From the NCBI RefSeq assembly GCF_009914755.1, contig NC_060940.1: a stretch of DNA of 64,000 bases; one strand, 5' to 3'. The position numbers were made by a program, and so were the translations under genes. The notes below the pieces were generated by a model. It was not told the DNA's origin and did not search any database. It saw only the letters and a program-made list of their open reading frames with translations. This document shows positions 30,541-46,200 of the stretch, in pieces (positions within the stretch are counted from its first letter, which is position 1; the number at the start of each line of letters is the position of its first letter). This DNA is from the human T2T-CHM13v2.0 reference genome, Homo sapiens.

Positions 30541-33500
30541 TTTAATGAATCCATTGGTTTCAATTCTATGATGATTACATTGGATTCCATTCGTTGATGA
30601 TTTCATTCGGTTCCATTCAATGATGATTCCATTCAATTCCTTTCAATGTTTCCATTCAATTCCATACGATGATGATTCCATTTGATTTGATTCGACAGTG
30701 AGCCATTTGGTTCAATTCCATGATGATTCTATTTGATTCAATTGGTTGACATTTCCATTCGATTCCATTCGATGATGATTCCCTTTGATTCCGTTCAAAA
30801 ATGATTCCATTCTAGCCCATTCAATCATTCCATTCGATTCTATTCAATGATGATTCCATTCATGTCGATTTGGTGATTCCATTTGACTTCATTTGATGAT
30901 GATTCCTTTCAAGTTCATTAGATGATTCCATTCGATTCCATTTGATGATGATCCCATTCGAGTCCATTCAGTGATTCCATTCGTTTCCATTCCATGATGA
31001 TTCCATTCCTTTCCATTCAATGATTCCATTCGATTCCGTTTGATGATGATTTCATTCGAGTCCATTTGATGATTCCATTTGATTCCATTCGATGATGATT
31101 CCATTCGAGTCCATTCGATGATTCTATTCGAATCCATTTGATGATTTCTTTTGATTATATTTGGTGATGATTCCATTGGAGTCCATTCAATGATTCCATT
31201 CTATTCCAATCGATGATGATTCCATTAGAGTCCATTTAATGATTCCATTTGATTCCAGTCTCTGATGATTACATTCGAGTCCATACGATGATTCCACTCA
31301 ATTCCATATGATGATGATTCCATTTGATTCCATTCGGTGATTCCATTCTATTCTATTCAATGGTGATTCCATTCGAGTACATTAGATGATTCCATTCGAT
31401 TCCATTCAATGATGATTCTATTTGTGTCCCTTAGATGATTCCACATGATTCCATTAGATGATGATACTATTTGAGCCCATCCAATGATTCCCTTCGATTC
31501 CATTCGATGAGGATTCCATTCGATTCAATTCATTGGTGATTCTATTCAATTCAATTCTTTGATTCCATTCCATTCCATTCGACAATGATTCCATTCGATT
31601 TCTTTCGATGATTCCACTCGATTCCACTTGATATTGATTCCATTCGATTCCATTCAATGATTCCATTTGATTCCAGTGGATGATGATTGCCATCGATTCC
31701 ATTCGATCACTCCATTCTATTCCATTTGATGATGATTACATTCGATTCCATTTGATGATTCCATCTGATTCTATTCGAGGATTCCATTTGATTCCATTCG
31801 ATGATGATTCCATTCGAGTCCATTCGATGATTTCATTCGAGTACATCCAATGATTCCATTCGAGTCCATTAGATGATTCCATTTGATTCCATTTGAAAAT
31901 GATTCTACTAGAGTCCATTCAATGACTCCATTCGAGTCCATTCAACAATTCCATTCGACTCCATTCGATGATTCCATTCGATTCCATTTGATGGTTCCAT
32001 TCGAGTCCATTTAATCATTACAGTCGAGTCCATTTGGTGATTCCACTGGATTTCTTTTGATAATGATACCATTCAATTACATTTGATGATGATCCCATTC
32101 AATTTCATTTGATGATGATTCCATTAGAGTCCATTCGATGATTTCATTCGAGTCCCTTCATTGATTCCATCCGATTTCATTGGATGATGACTCCATTCGA
32201 GTCCATTCGATGATTCCACTCGATTCCATTAGATGATTCCATTGGAGTCCATTTGATTGTTCCATTCGATTCCATTCGATTCCTTTCGAAGATTATTCCA
32301 TTTGAGTCCATTCGATGATGATTCCATTCCATTCCATTCGATGATTCCGTTTGATTCCATTCGATGATTCCCTTTGATTCCTTTCTGTGATGATTCCATT
32401 CCATTCCATTCAGTGATTCCATTCGAATCTATTCCATGATGATTCCTTTCGATTCCATTCGCTGATGTTTCCATTCAATTCCATTCGATGATGATTCCAT
32501 TCGATTCCATTCATTGAGGATTCCATTTGATTCCATTCAATGATGATTCCATTCTATTCCATTCAATGATTGCATTCAATTCCATTCAATGATTATCCCC
32601 TTAGAGTAAACTCAACGATTCCATTCAATACCATTCGATGATGATTCCTTTTGAGTCCATTCAATGATTTCATTCAAGTCCATTTGATGATTCCTTTCAA
32701 TTCCATTCTATGATGATTCCATTCGAGTCCATTCGATGATTCCATTCGATTGCATTCGATGATTCCATTATATTCCATTCAACGGTGATTCCATTGGAGT
32801 CCATTCCATGATTCCATTAGAGTACATTTAATGATTGCTTTGTTTTCAATTCGAAGATGATTACATTGGATTCCATTCTATGATACCATTCGATTCCATT
32901 CAATGATGATTCCACTCAAATCCATTGGATGATTCCATTCGTGTCCATTCAGTGATTTCATTAGATTCCATTCGAGGATGATTCCATTCGATTCCATTCG
33001 ACGATTCCATTCTATTCCATTCGATGATGATTCCACTCGAGTCCATTCGATGATTCCATTCGAGTCCATTTAATGATTCCATTGGGTTCAATTCAATGAT
33101 GATTACATTGGATTCCGTTCTATGATTCCATTCAATTCCGTTCATTGACAATTTGATTCCATTCGATGATGATTCCTTTTGAGTTCATTCGATGATTCTA
33201 TTCGATTCTCTTCGATGGTGATTCAATTCTATTATATTGGATGATTCCATTCGATTCCATTTGATGTTGATTCAATTCGATTCTATTCGATGATGATTCC
33301 ATTGGATTTCACTTGATGATTCTATTCGATTCCATTCAATGATGATTCACTTCTCGTCCATTGGATGATTCCATTTCATTCCATTCGATGATGATTCCAT
33401 TCGATTCCATTCGATGATTCCATTTGATTCCATGCGACGGTGAGCAATTCGATTCAATTCCATGATGATTCTATTTGATTCAATTAGATGATGTTTCCAT

Positions 33501-36500
33501 TCGAATCCATTCCATGATTATTCCATTGGAATCCATTCGGCGATGATTCCATATGAGTCAATTCAATGATGATTCCATATGGGTCCGTTCGATGATAATT
33601 CCATTTGATTTCATTCGATGCTTCTATTCAATTCCAGTCGATGATGATTCCGTTGGAGTCCATACGATGATTCCATTTGATTTCATTTGATGATGATTCC
33701 ATTCGATGATGATTACATTGGATTCCATTCTATGATTCCATTCAATTCCATTCGTTGATGATTCGATTCCATTCAATGATGATCCCATTTGAGTTCATTC
33801 GATGATTCTATTCGATTCCGTTCGATGGTGATTCAATTCTATTATATTGGATGATTCCACTCGATTCCATTTGATGATTATTCCATTGGAGTCCACTTAG
33901 TGAATCCTTTAGATTCTACTCGACGATGATTCCATTCGAGTCCATTCGATGATACCATTCAATTCCATTCGTTGATGCTTCCATTCAAGTGCATTCGATG
34001 ATATCATTCGATTCCATTTGATGATAATTCCATTTGATTCCATGCGATGATTCTATTCGATTCCATTCCATGATAATTCCATTCAATTCAGTGATTCCTC
34101 TGGACTCCATTTGATGATGATTCCATTCAATGATTCCATTCGATTCTATTCGAAAATGATTCCATTTGAATCCATTTGATGATGATTCCATTGGATTCCA
34201 TTTGATGATTCCATTCGATTCCATTCGACGATGATTCCATTCGATTCCATTGGATGATTCCATTCTATTCTATTCGATGATGATTCCATTTGATTCCATT
34301 CGATGATGATTGGATTCGATTCCATTTGATGATTTCATTTGATTCCATTCGTTAATGATTTCGATCAATTCCATTCAATGATTCCATTCGATTCCATTCG
34401 ATAATGATTACATCCGAGTCCATTCGATGATTCCCTTTGAGCCTGTTCGATAATTCCATTTGAGTCCAACCAATGATTCCATTCATTTCCATTCAATGAT
34501 TCCATTCGAGTCCATTTGATCATTCCGGTAGGGTCCATTCGATGTTGATTCCATTGGAGTGCATTCGATGATTCCATTCGAGTCCATTTTAGGATTTGAT
34601 TCGAGTCCTTTCGATGATTCCATTCGATTCCACTCGATGATGATTTCATTCGAGTCCATTCGACACTTCCAATCGATTCCATTTGATGATTCCATTCGAG
34701 TCCAATTGATGATTCCATTCAATTCCATTCGATGATGATTCCGTACGATTCCATTCTGTGATGATTCCATGTGATTGCATTCAATGATGATTCCTTTCGA
34801 TTGCATTCGATTATGATTCATTTCGTGTTCATTCTATGGTTCCACAGGTTTCCATTCGTGTCCATTCCATTATTCCATTCTATTCCATTTGATGATGATT
34901 CCATTCGATTCCATTCATTGGTGATTCCACTCAATTCCATTCAATTATTCCATTCCATTTCTTTCAACAATGATTCCATTAGTTTCTAATCGATGATCCA
35001 CTTGATTCCATTTGACGACGATTCCATTCTTGTCCATTCGATGATTCCATTTGATTCCATATGATGATGATTCCATTCGATTCCATACCATGATGATTCC
35101 ATTCGAGTCCATTCAATGGTGATTCCATTCAATTCCATTCGATGATTCCTTTTGATTCCATTCGATGATGATGGCATTCGATTCCTTTCAATCATTCCCT
35201 TTGATTCCATTCAAAGGTGATTTCATTCAAGTCCATTCGATAATTGCATTCGATTTCATTCTATGATGATTCCATTCGAGTCCATTTGATGATTCCATTC
35301 AATTCAAGTCAATGATGATTCCATTCGATTCCATTCGATGATTCCATTGGATTCCATTCGATGATGATTCCATTCAAATCCATTCGATAATTCAATTCAA
35401 GTCCATTCGATGATGATTCCAATCGAATCCATTCAAAGATTCCATTCAGTTCCATTCGATGATTCCCTTAGATTCCATTCGATGATTCCACTTGATTGCA
35501 TTTACGATGATTCCATTCGATTCCATGTGATGATTCCATTCAATTCTATTCAATGATGTCTCCATTTGATTCCATTCGACCATGATTGCCTTTGATTCCA
35601 TTCAATGATTCCATTCGGTTCCGTTTGATGATGATTCCGTTCGATTCCATTTGATGATTCCATTTGATTCCATTGGATGAGTCCATTCGATTACATTCGA
35701 TGATTATTCCATTCGAGTGCATTAGATGATTCCATTCGAGTCCATTCGATGATTCCATTCGATTCCATTCGATGTTGATTCTGTTCAAATCCATTCGATG
35801 ATTCCACTCGATTCCATTCGTTGACTCCATTTGATCCCATTCGATGATTTCCTTTGATTCCCTTTGATGATCATTCCATTTGATTCAATTCGGTGATTTC
35901 ATTTGATTCCATTCAGTGATGTTTCCATTCGACTCCATTCGATGATGATTCCATTCGACTCCATTCGATTATGATTTCATTCAATTCCATTCGATAATGA
36001 TTCCCTTCGAGTCCATTCGATGATTCCATTCGATTCCATTCAACGATGATTTGATTCGTGTCCATTCGATGATTCCATTTGATTCCACATGATGATGATT
36101 CCATTCGAGTCCATTTGATGATTCCATTCAATTCCATACTCCGATGATTTCTTTTGAGGCCACTCAATGCTTCCACTCGATTCCATATGATGATGACTCC
36201 ATTCGATGAAATTCGATGATGATTCCATTCGCTTGCTTTCGATGATGATTCCACTTGAGTCCGTTAGAAGATTCTATTCAATTACATTCCATGACGATTC
36301 CGTTCGAGTCCATTTGATGATTCCATTAGACTCCATTCGACGATGATTCCATTCGATGTTATTCGATGATTCCATTCGATCTCATTCGATGATGATTCCA
36401 TTCAACTCCATTCGATGTTTCCATTCGAGTTCATTCTATTATTCCATTAGATTCCATTCGATGATGATTCCATTCGATTCCATTTGATGATTGCATTCTA

Positions 36501-36554
36501 TTTCATTTGATGATGATTCCATTCGAGTCCACTCGATGATTCCATTCGAGTCCA
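30541..36554 (+). repeat. HSat2 unit 6 (6014 bp; 98-bp deletion)
   Basis: Offset changes from 30540 (2338->32878) to 30442 (3543->33985). The junction is at ~32977-33001. Confidence 0.93.
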
Positions 36555-39500
36555 TTTAATGAATCCATTGGTTTCAATTCTATGATGATTACATTGGATT
36601 CCATTCGTTGATGATTTCATTCGGTTCCATTCAATGATGATTCCATTCAATTCCTTTCAATGTTTCCATTCAATTCCATACGATGATGATTCCATTTGAT
36701 TTGATTCGACAGTGAGCCATTCGATTCAATTCCATGATGATTCTATTTGATTCAATTGGTTGACATTTCCATTCGATTCCATTCGATGATGATTCCCTTT
36801 GATTCCGTTCAAAGATGATTCCATTCTAGCCCATTCAATCATTCCATTCGATTCTATTCGATGATGATTCCATTGGATTTCACTTGATGATTCTATTCGA
36901 TTCCATTCAATGATGATTCACTTCTCGTCCATTGGATGATTCCATTTCATTCCATTCGATGATGATTCCATTCGATTCCATTCGATGATTCCATTTGATT
37001 CCATGCGACGGTGAGCAATTCGATTCAATTCCATGATGATTCTATTTGATTCAATTAGATGATGTTTCCATTCGAATCCATTCCATGATTATTCCATTGG
37101 AATCCATTCGGCGATGATTCCATGTGAGTCAATTCAATGATGATTCCATATGGGTCCGTTCGATGATAATTCCATTTGATTTCATTCGATGCTTCTATTC
37201 TATTCCAGTCGATGATGATTCCGTTGGAGTCCATACGATGATTCCATTTGATTTCATTTGATGATGATTCCATTCGATGATGATTACATTGGATTCCATT
37301 CTATGATTCCATTCAATTCCATTCGTTGATGATTCGATTCCATTCAATGATGATTCCATTCTAGCCCATTCAATCATTCCATTCGATTCTATTCAATGAT
37401 GATTCCATTCATGTCGATTTGGTGATTCCATTTGACTTCATTTGATGATGATTCCTTTCAAGTTCATTAGATGATTCCATTCGATTCCATTTGATGATGA
37501 TCCCATTCGAGTCCACTCAGTCATTCCATTCGTTTCCATTCCATGATGATTCCATTCCATTCCATTCAATGATTCCATTCGATTCCGTTTGATGATGATT
37601 TCATTCGAGTCCATTTGATGATTCCATTTGATTCCATTCGATGATGATTCCATTCGAGTCCATTCGATGATTCTATTCGAATCCATTTGATGATTTCTTT
37701 TGATTATAGTTGGTGATGATTCCATTGGAGTCCATTCAATGATTCCATTCGATTCCAATCGATGGTGATTCCATTAGAGTCCATTTAATGATTCCATTTG
37801 ATTCCAGTCTCTGATGATTACATTCGAGTCCATACGATGATTCCACTCAATTCCATATGATGATGATTCCATTCTATTCCATTCGATGATTCCATTCTAT
37901 TCTATTCAATGGTGATTCCATTCGAGTACATTAGATGATTCCATTCGATTCCATTCAATGATGATTCTATTTGTGTCCCTTAGATGATTCCACATGATTC
38001 CATTAGATGATGATACTATTTGAGCCCATCCAATGATTCCCTTTTATTCCATTCGATGAGGATTCCATTCGATTCAATTCATTGGTGATTCTATTCAATT
38101 CAATTCTTTGATTCCATTCCATTCCATTCGACAATGATTCCATTCGATTTCTTTCGATGATTCCACTCGATTCCACTTGACATTGATTCCATTCGATTCC
38201 ATTCAATGATTCCATTTGATTCCAGTGGATGATGATTGCCATCGATTCCATTCGATCACTCCATTCTATTCCATTTGATGATGATTACATTCGATTCCAT
38301 TTGATGATTCCATCTGATTCTATTCGAGGATTCCATTTGATTCCATTCGATGATGATTCCATTCGAGTCCATTCGATGATTTCATTCGAGTACATCCAAT
38401 GATTCCATTCGAGTCCATTAGATGATTCCATTTGATTCCATTTGATTATGATTCTACTAGAGTCCATTCAATGACTCCATTCGAGTCCATTCAACAATTC
38501 CTTTCGACTCCATTCGATGATTCCATTCGATTCCATTTGATGGTTCCATTCGAGTCCATTTAATCATTACAGTCGAGTCCATTTGGTGATTCCACTGGAT
38601 TTCTTTTGATAATGATACCATTCAATTACATTTGATGATGATCCCATTCAATTTCATTTGATGATGATTCCATTAGAGTCCATTCGATGATTTCATTCGA
38701 GTCCCTTCATTGATTCCATCCGATTTCATTGGATGATGACTCCATTCGAGTCCATTCGATGATTCCACTCGATTCCATTAGATGATTCCATTGGAGTCCA
38801 TTTGATTGTTCCATTCGATTCCATTCGATTCCTTTCGAAGATTATTCCATTTGAGTCCATTCGATGATGATTCCATTCCATTCCATTCGATGATTCCGTT
38901 TGATTCCATTCGATGATTCCCTTTGATTCCTTTCTGTGATGATTCCATTCCATTCCATTCAATGATTCCATTCGAATCTATTCCATGATGATTCCTTTCG
39001 ATTCCATTCGCTGATGTTTCCGTTCAATTCCATTCGATGATGATTCCATTCGATTCCATTCATTGAGGATTCCATTTGATTCCATTCAATGATGATTCCA
39101 TTCTATTCCATTCAATGATTGCATTCAATTCCATTCAATGATTATCCCATTAGAGTAAACTCAACGATTCCATTCAATACCATTCGATGATGATTCCTTT
39201 TGAGTCCATTCAATGATTTCATTCAAGTCCATTTGATGATTCCTTTCAATTCCATTCTATGATGATTCCATTCGAGTCCATTCGATGATTCCATTCGATT
39301 GCATTCGATGATTCCATTATATTCCATTCAACGATGATTCCATTCGAGTCCATTCCATGATTCCATTAGAGTACCTTTAATGATTGCTTTGTTTTCAATT
39401 CGAAGATGATTACATTCGATTCCATTCTATGATACCATTCGATTCCATTCAATGATGATTCCACTCAAATCCATTGGATGACTCCATTCGTGTCCATTCG

Positions 39501-42500
39501 GTGATTTCATTAGATTCCATTCGAGGATGATTCCATTCGATTCCATTCGATGATTCCATTCAATTCCATTCGATGATGATTCCATTCCAGTCCATATGAT
39601 CATTCCATTTGATTTCATTCGATGATGATTCCATTCGATTCCATTCGACGATTCCATTCTATTCCATTCGATGATGATTCCATTCAAGTCCATTCGATCA
39701 TTCCATTCGAGTCCATTTAATGATTCCATTGGGTTCAATTCAATGATGATTACATTGGATTCCGTTCTATGATTCCATTCAATTCCGTTCATTGACAATT
39801 TGATTCCATTCGATGATGATTCCATTTGAGTTCATTCGATGATTCTATTCGATTCTCTTCGATGGTGATTCAATTCTATTATATTGGATGATTCCATTCG
39901 ATTCCATTTGATGTTGATTCAATTCGATTCTATTCGATGATGATTCCATTGGATTTCACTTGATGATTCTATTCGATTCCATTCAATGATGATTCACTTC
40001 TCGTCCATTGGATGATTCCATTTCATTCCATTCGATGATGATTCCATTCGATTCCATTCGATGATTCCATTTGATTCCATGCGACGGTGAGCAATTCGAT
40101 TCAATTCCATGATGATTCTATTTGATTCAATTAGATTATGTTTCCATTCGAATCCATTCCATGATTATTCCATTGGAATCCATTCGGCGATGATTCCATA
40201 TGAGTCAATTCAATGATGATTCCATATGGGTCCGTTCGATGATAATTCCATTTGATTTCATTCGATGCTTCTATTCTATTCCAGTCGATGATGATTCCGT
40301 TGGAGTCCATACGATGATTCCATTTGATTTCATTTGATGATGATTCCATTCGATGATGATTACATTGGATTCCATTCTATGATTCCATTCAATTCCATTC
40401 GTTGATGATTCGATTCCATTCAATGATGATTCCATTTGAGTTCATTCGATGATTCTATTCGATTCCGTTCGATGGTGATTCAATTCTATTATATTGGATG
40501 ATTCCACTCGATTCCATTTGATGATTATTCCATTGGAGTCCACTTAGTGAATCCTTTAGATTCTACTCGACGATGATTCCATTCGAGTCCATTCGATGTT
40601 ACCATTCAATTCCATTCGTTGATGCTTCCATTCAAGTGCATTCGATGATATCATTTGATTCCATTTGATGATAATTCCATTTGATTCCATGCGATGATTC
40701 TATTCGATTCCATTCAATGATAATTCCATTCAATTCAATGATTCCTCTGGACTCCATTTGATGATGATTCCATTCAATGATTCCATTCGATTCTATTCGA
40801 AAATGATTCCATTTGAATCCATTTGATGATGATTCCATTGGATTCCATTTGATGATTCCATTCGATTCCATTCGACGATGATTCCATTCGATTCCATTGG
40901 ATGATTCCATTCTATTCTATTCGATGATGATTCCATTCGATTCCATTCGATGATGATTGGATTCGATTCCATTTGATTATTTCATTTGATTCCATTCGTT
41001 AATGATTTCGATCAATTCCATTCGATGATTCCATTCGATTCCATTCGATAATGATTACATCCGAGTCCATTCGATGATTCCATTTGAGCCTGTTCGATAA
41101 TTCCATTTGAGTCCAACCAATGATTCCATTCATTTCCATTCAATGATTCCATTCGAGTCCATTTGATCATTCCGGTAGGGTCCATTCGATGTTGATTCCA
41201 TTGGAGTGCATTCGATGATTCCATTCGAGTCCATTTTAGGATTTGATTCGAGTCCTTTCGATGATTCCATTCGATTCCACTCGATGATGATTTCATTCGA
41301 GTCCATTCGACACTTCCAATCGATTCCATTTGATGATTCCATTCGAGTCCAATTGATGATTCCATTCAATTCCATTCGATGATGATTCCGTACGATTCCA
41401 TTCTGTGATGATTCCATGTGATTGCATTCAATGATGATTCCTTTCGATTGCATTCGATTATGATTCATTTCGTGTTCATTCTATGGTTCCACAGGTTTCC
41501 ATTCGTGTCCATTCCATTATTCCATTCTATTCCATTTGATGATGATTCCATTCGATTCCATTCATTGGTGATTCCACTCAATTCCATTCAATTATTCCAT
41601 TCCATTTCTTTCAACAATGATTCCATTACTTTCTAATCGATGATCCACTTGATTCCATTTGACGACGATTCCATTCTTGTCCATTCGATGATTCCATTTG
41701 ATTCCATATGATGATGATTCCATTCGATTCCATACCATGATGATTCCATTCGAGTCCATTCAATGGTGATTCCATTCAATTCCATTCGATGATTCCTTTT
41801 GATTCCATTCGATGATGATGGCATTCGATTCCTTTCAATCATTCCCTTTGATTCCATTCAAAGGTGATTTCATTCAAGTCCATTCGATAATTGCATTCGA
41901 TTCCATTCTATGATGATTCCATTCGAGTCCATTTGATGATTCCATTCAATTCAAGTCAATGATGATTCCATTCCATTCCATTCGATGATTCCATTGGATT
42001 CCATTCGATGATGATTCCATTCAAATCCATTCGATAATTCAATTCAAGTCCATTCGATGATGATTCCAATCGAATCCATTCAAAGATTCCATTCAGTTCC
42101 ATTCGATGATTCCCTTAGATTCCATTCGATGATTCCACTTGATTGCATTTACGATGATTCCATTCGATTCCATGTGATGATTCCATTCAATTCTATTCAA
42201 TGATGTCTCCATTTGATTCCATTCGACCATGATTGCCTTTGATTCCATTCAATGATTCCATTCGGTTCCGTTTGATGATGATTCCGTTCGATTCCATTTG
42301 ATGATTCCATTTGATTCCATTGGATGAGTCCATTCGATTACATTCGATGATTATTCCATTCGAGTGCATTAGATGATTCCATTCGAGTCCATTCGATGAT
42401 TCCATTCGATTCCATTCGATGTTGATTCTGTTCAAATCCATTCGATGATTCCACTCGATTCCATTCGTTGACTCCATTTGATCCCATTCGATGATTTCCT

Positions 42501-43201
42501 TTGATTCCCTTTGATGATCATTCCATTTGATTCAATTCGGTGATTTCATTTGATTCCATTCAGTGATGTTTCCATTCGACTCCATTCGATGATGATTCCA
42601 TTCGACTCCATTCGATTATGATTTCATTCAATTCCATTCGATAATGATTCCCTTCGAGTCCATTCGATGATTCCATTCGATTCCATTCAACGATGATTTG
42701 ATTCGTGTCCATTCGATGATTCCATTTGATTCCACTTGATGATGATTCCATTCGAGTCCATTTGATGATTCCATTCAATTCCATACTCCGATGATTTCTT
42801 TTGAGCCCACTCAATGCTTCCACTCGATTCCATATGATGATGACTCCATTCGATGAAATTCGATGATGATTCCATTCGCTTGCTTTCGATGATGATTCCA
42901 CTTGAGTCCGTTAGAAGATTCTATTCAATTACATTCCAGGACGATTCCGTTCGAGTCCATTTGATGATTCCATTAGACTCCATTCGACGATGATTCCATT
43001 CGATGTTATTCGATGATTCCATTCGATCTCATTCGATGATGATTCCATTCAACTCCATTCGATGTTTCCATTCGAGTTCATTCTATTATTCCATTAGATT
43101 CCATTCGATGATGATTCCATTCGATTCCATTTGATGATTGCATTCTATTTCATTTGATGATGATTCCATTCGAGTCCACTCGATGATTCCATTCGAGTCC
43201 A
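36555..43201 (+). repeat. HSat2 unit 7, rearranged (6647 bp): unit positions 1-305, 2847-3347, then 272-6112
   Basis: Offsets run 36554, then 34013 (3042->37055), then 37089 (349->37438). Junctions read directly at 36846-36859 and 37349-37360. Confidence 0.9.
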
Positions 43202-46200
43202 TTTAATGAATCCATTGGTTTCAATTCTATGATGATTACATTGGATTCCATTCGTTGATGATTTCATTCGGTTCCATTCAATGATGATTCCATTCAATTC
43301 CTTTCAATGTTTCCATTCAATTCCATACGATGATGATTCCATTTGATTTGATTCGACAGTGAGCCATTCGATTCAATTCCATGATGATTCTATTTGATTC
43401 AATTGGTGGACATTTCCATTCGATTCCATTCGATGATGATTCCCTTTGATTCCGTTCAAAGATGATTCCATTCTAGCCCATTCAATCATTCCATTCGATT
43501 CTATTCAATGATGATTCCATTCATGTCGATTTGGTGATTCCATTTGACTTCATTTGATGATGATTCCTTTCAAGTTCATTAGATGATTCCATTCGATTCC
43601 ATTTGATGATGATCCCATTCGAGTCCATTCAGTGATTCCATTCGTTTCCATTCCATGATGATTCCATTCCTTTCCATTCAATGATTCCATTCGATTCCGT
43701 TTGATGATGATTTCATTCGAGTCCATTTGATGATTCCATTTGATTCCATTCGATGATGATTCCATTCGAGTCCATTCGATGATTCTATTCGAATCCATTT
43801 GATGATTTCTTTTGATTATATTTGGTGATGATTCCATTGGAGTCCATTCAATGATTCCATTCTATTCCAATCGATGATGATTCCATTAGAGTCCATTTAA
43901 TGATTCCATTTGTTTCCAGTCTCTGATGATTACATTCGAGTCCATACGATGATTCCACTCAATTCCATATGATGATGATTCCATTTGATTCCATTCGGTG
44001 ATTCCATTCTATTCTATTCAATGGTGATTCCATTCGAGTCCATTAGATGATTCCATTTGATTCCATTCAATGATGATTCTATTTGTGTCCCTTAGATGAT
44101 TCCACATGATTCCATTACATGATGATACTATTTGAGCCCATCCAATGATTCCCTTCGATTCCATTCGATGAGGATTCCATTCGATTCAATTCATTGGTGA
44201 TTCTATTCAATTCAATTCTTTGATTCCATTCCATTCCATTCGACAATGATTCCATTCGATTTCTTTCGATGATTCCACTCGATTCCACTTGACATTGATT
44301 CCATTCGATTCCATTCAATGATTCCATTTGATTCCAGTGGATGATGATTGCCATCGATTCCATTCGATCACTCCATTCTATTCCATTTGATGATGATTAC
44401 ATTCGATTCCATTTGATGATTCCATCTGATTCTATTCGAGAATTCCATTTGATTCCATTCGATGATGATTCCATTCGAGTCCATTCGATGATTTCATTCG
44501 AGTACATCCAATGATTCCATTCGAGTCCATTAGATGATTCCATTTGATTCCATTTGAAAATGATTCTACTAGAGTCCATTCAATGACTCCATTCGAGTCC
44601 ATTCAACAATTCCATTCAACTCTATTCGATGATTCCATTCGATTCCATTTGATGGTTCCATTCGAGTCCATTTAATCATTACAGTCGAGTCCATTTGGTG
44701 ATTCCACTGGATTTCTTTTGATAATGATACCATTCAATTACATTTCATGATGATCCCATTTAATTTCATTTGATGATGATTCCATTAGAGTCCATTCGAT
44801 GATTTCATTCGAGTCCCTTCATTGATTCCATCCGATTTCATTGGATGATGACTCCATTCGAGTCCATTCGATGATTCCACTCGATTCCATTAGATGATTC
44901 CATTGGAGTCCATTTGATTGTTCCATTCGATTCCATTCGATTCCTTTCGAAGATTATTCCATTTGAGTCCATTCGATGATGATTCCATTCCATTCCATTC
45001 GATGATTCCGTTTGATTCCATTCGATGATTCCCTTTGATTCCTTTCTGTGATGATTCCATTCCATTCCATTCAATGATTCCATTCGAATCTATTCCATGA
45101 TGATTCCTTTCGATTCCATTCGCTGATGTTTCCGTTCAATTCCATTCGATGATGATTCCATTCGATTCCATTCATTGAGGATTCCATTTGATTCCATTCA
45201 ATGATGATTCCATTCTATTCCATTCAATGATTGCATTCAATTCCATTCAATGATTATCCCCTTAGAGTAAACTCAACGATTCCATTCAATACCATTCGAT
45301 GATGATTCCTTTTGAATCCATTCAATGATTTCATTCAAGTCCATTTGATGATTCCTTTCAATTCCATTCTATGATGATTCCATTCGAGTCCATTCGATGA
45401 TTCCATTCGATTGCATTCGATGATTCCATTATATTCCATTCAACGGTGATTCCATTCGAGTCCATTCCATGATTCCATTAGAGTACATTTAATGATTGCT
45501 TTGTTTTCAATTCGAAGATGATTACATTGGATTCCATTCTATGATACCATTGGATTCCATTCAATGATGATTCCACTCAAATCCATTGGATGATTCCATT
45601 CGTGTCCATTCGGTGATTTCATTAGATTCCATTCGAGGATGATTCCATTCGATTCCATTCGATGATTCCATTCAATTCCATTCGATGATGATTCCATTCC
45701 AGTCCATATGATCATTCCATTTGATTTCATTCGATGATGATTCCATTCGATTCCATTCGATGATTCCATTCTATTCCATTCGATGATGATTCCATTCGAG
45801 TCCATTCGATGATTCCATTCGAGTCCATTTAATGATTCCATTGGGTTCAATTCAATGATGATTACATTGGATTCCGTTCTATGATTCCATTCAATTCCGT
45901 TCATTGACAATTTGATTCCATTCGATGATGATTCCATTTGAGTTCATTCGATGATTCTATTCGATTCTCTTCGATGGTGATTCAATTCTATTATATTGGA
46001 TGATTCCATTCGATTCCATTTGATGTTGATTCAATTCGATTCTATTCGATGATGATTCCATTGGATTTCACCTGATGATTCTATTCGATTCCATTCAATG
46101 ATGATTCACTTCTCGTCCATTGGATGATTCCATTTCATTCCATTCGATGATGATTCCATTCGATTCCATTCGATGATTCCATTTGATTCCATGCGACGGT

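Noticed and set aside
34771-34989. Plus-strand 72-aa hydrophobic ORF (also at 41418 and 56768)
   Set aside because: It starts at GTG and is opened by one substitution removing a TGA. The Phe/Ile/Ser bias simply reflects CATTC repeats.
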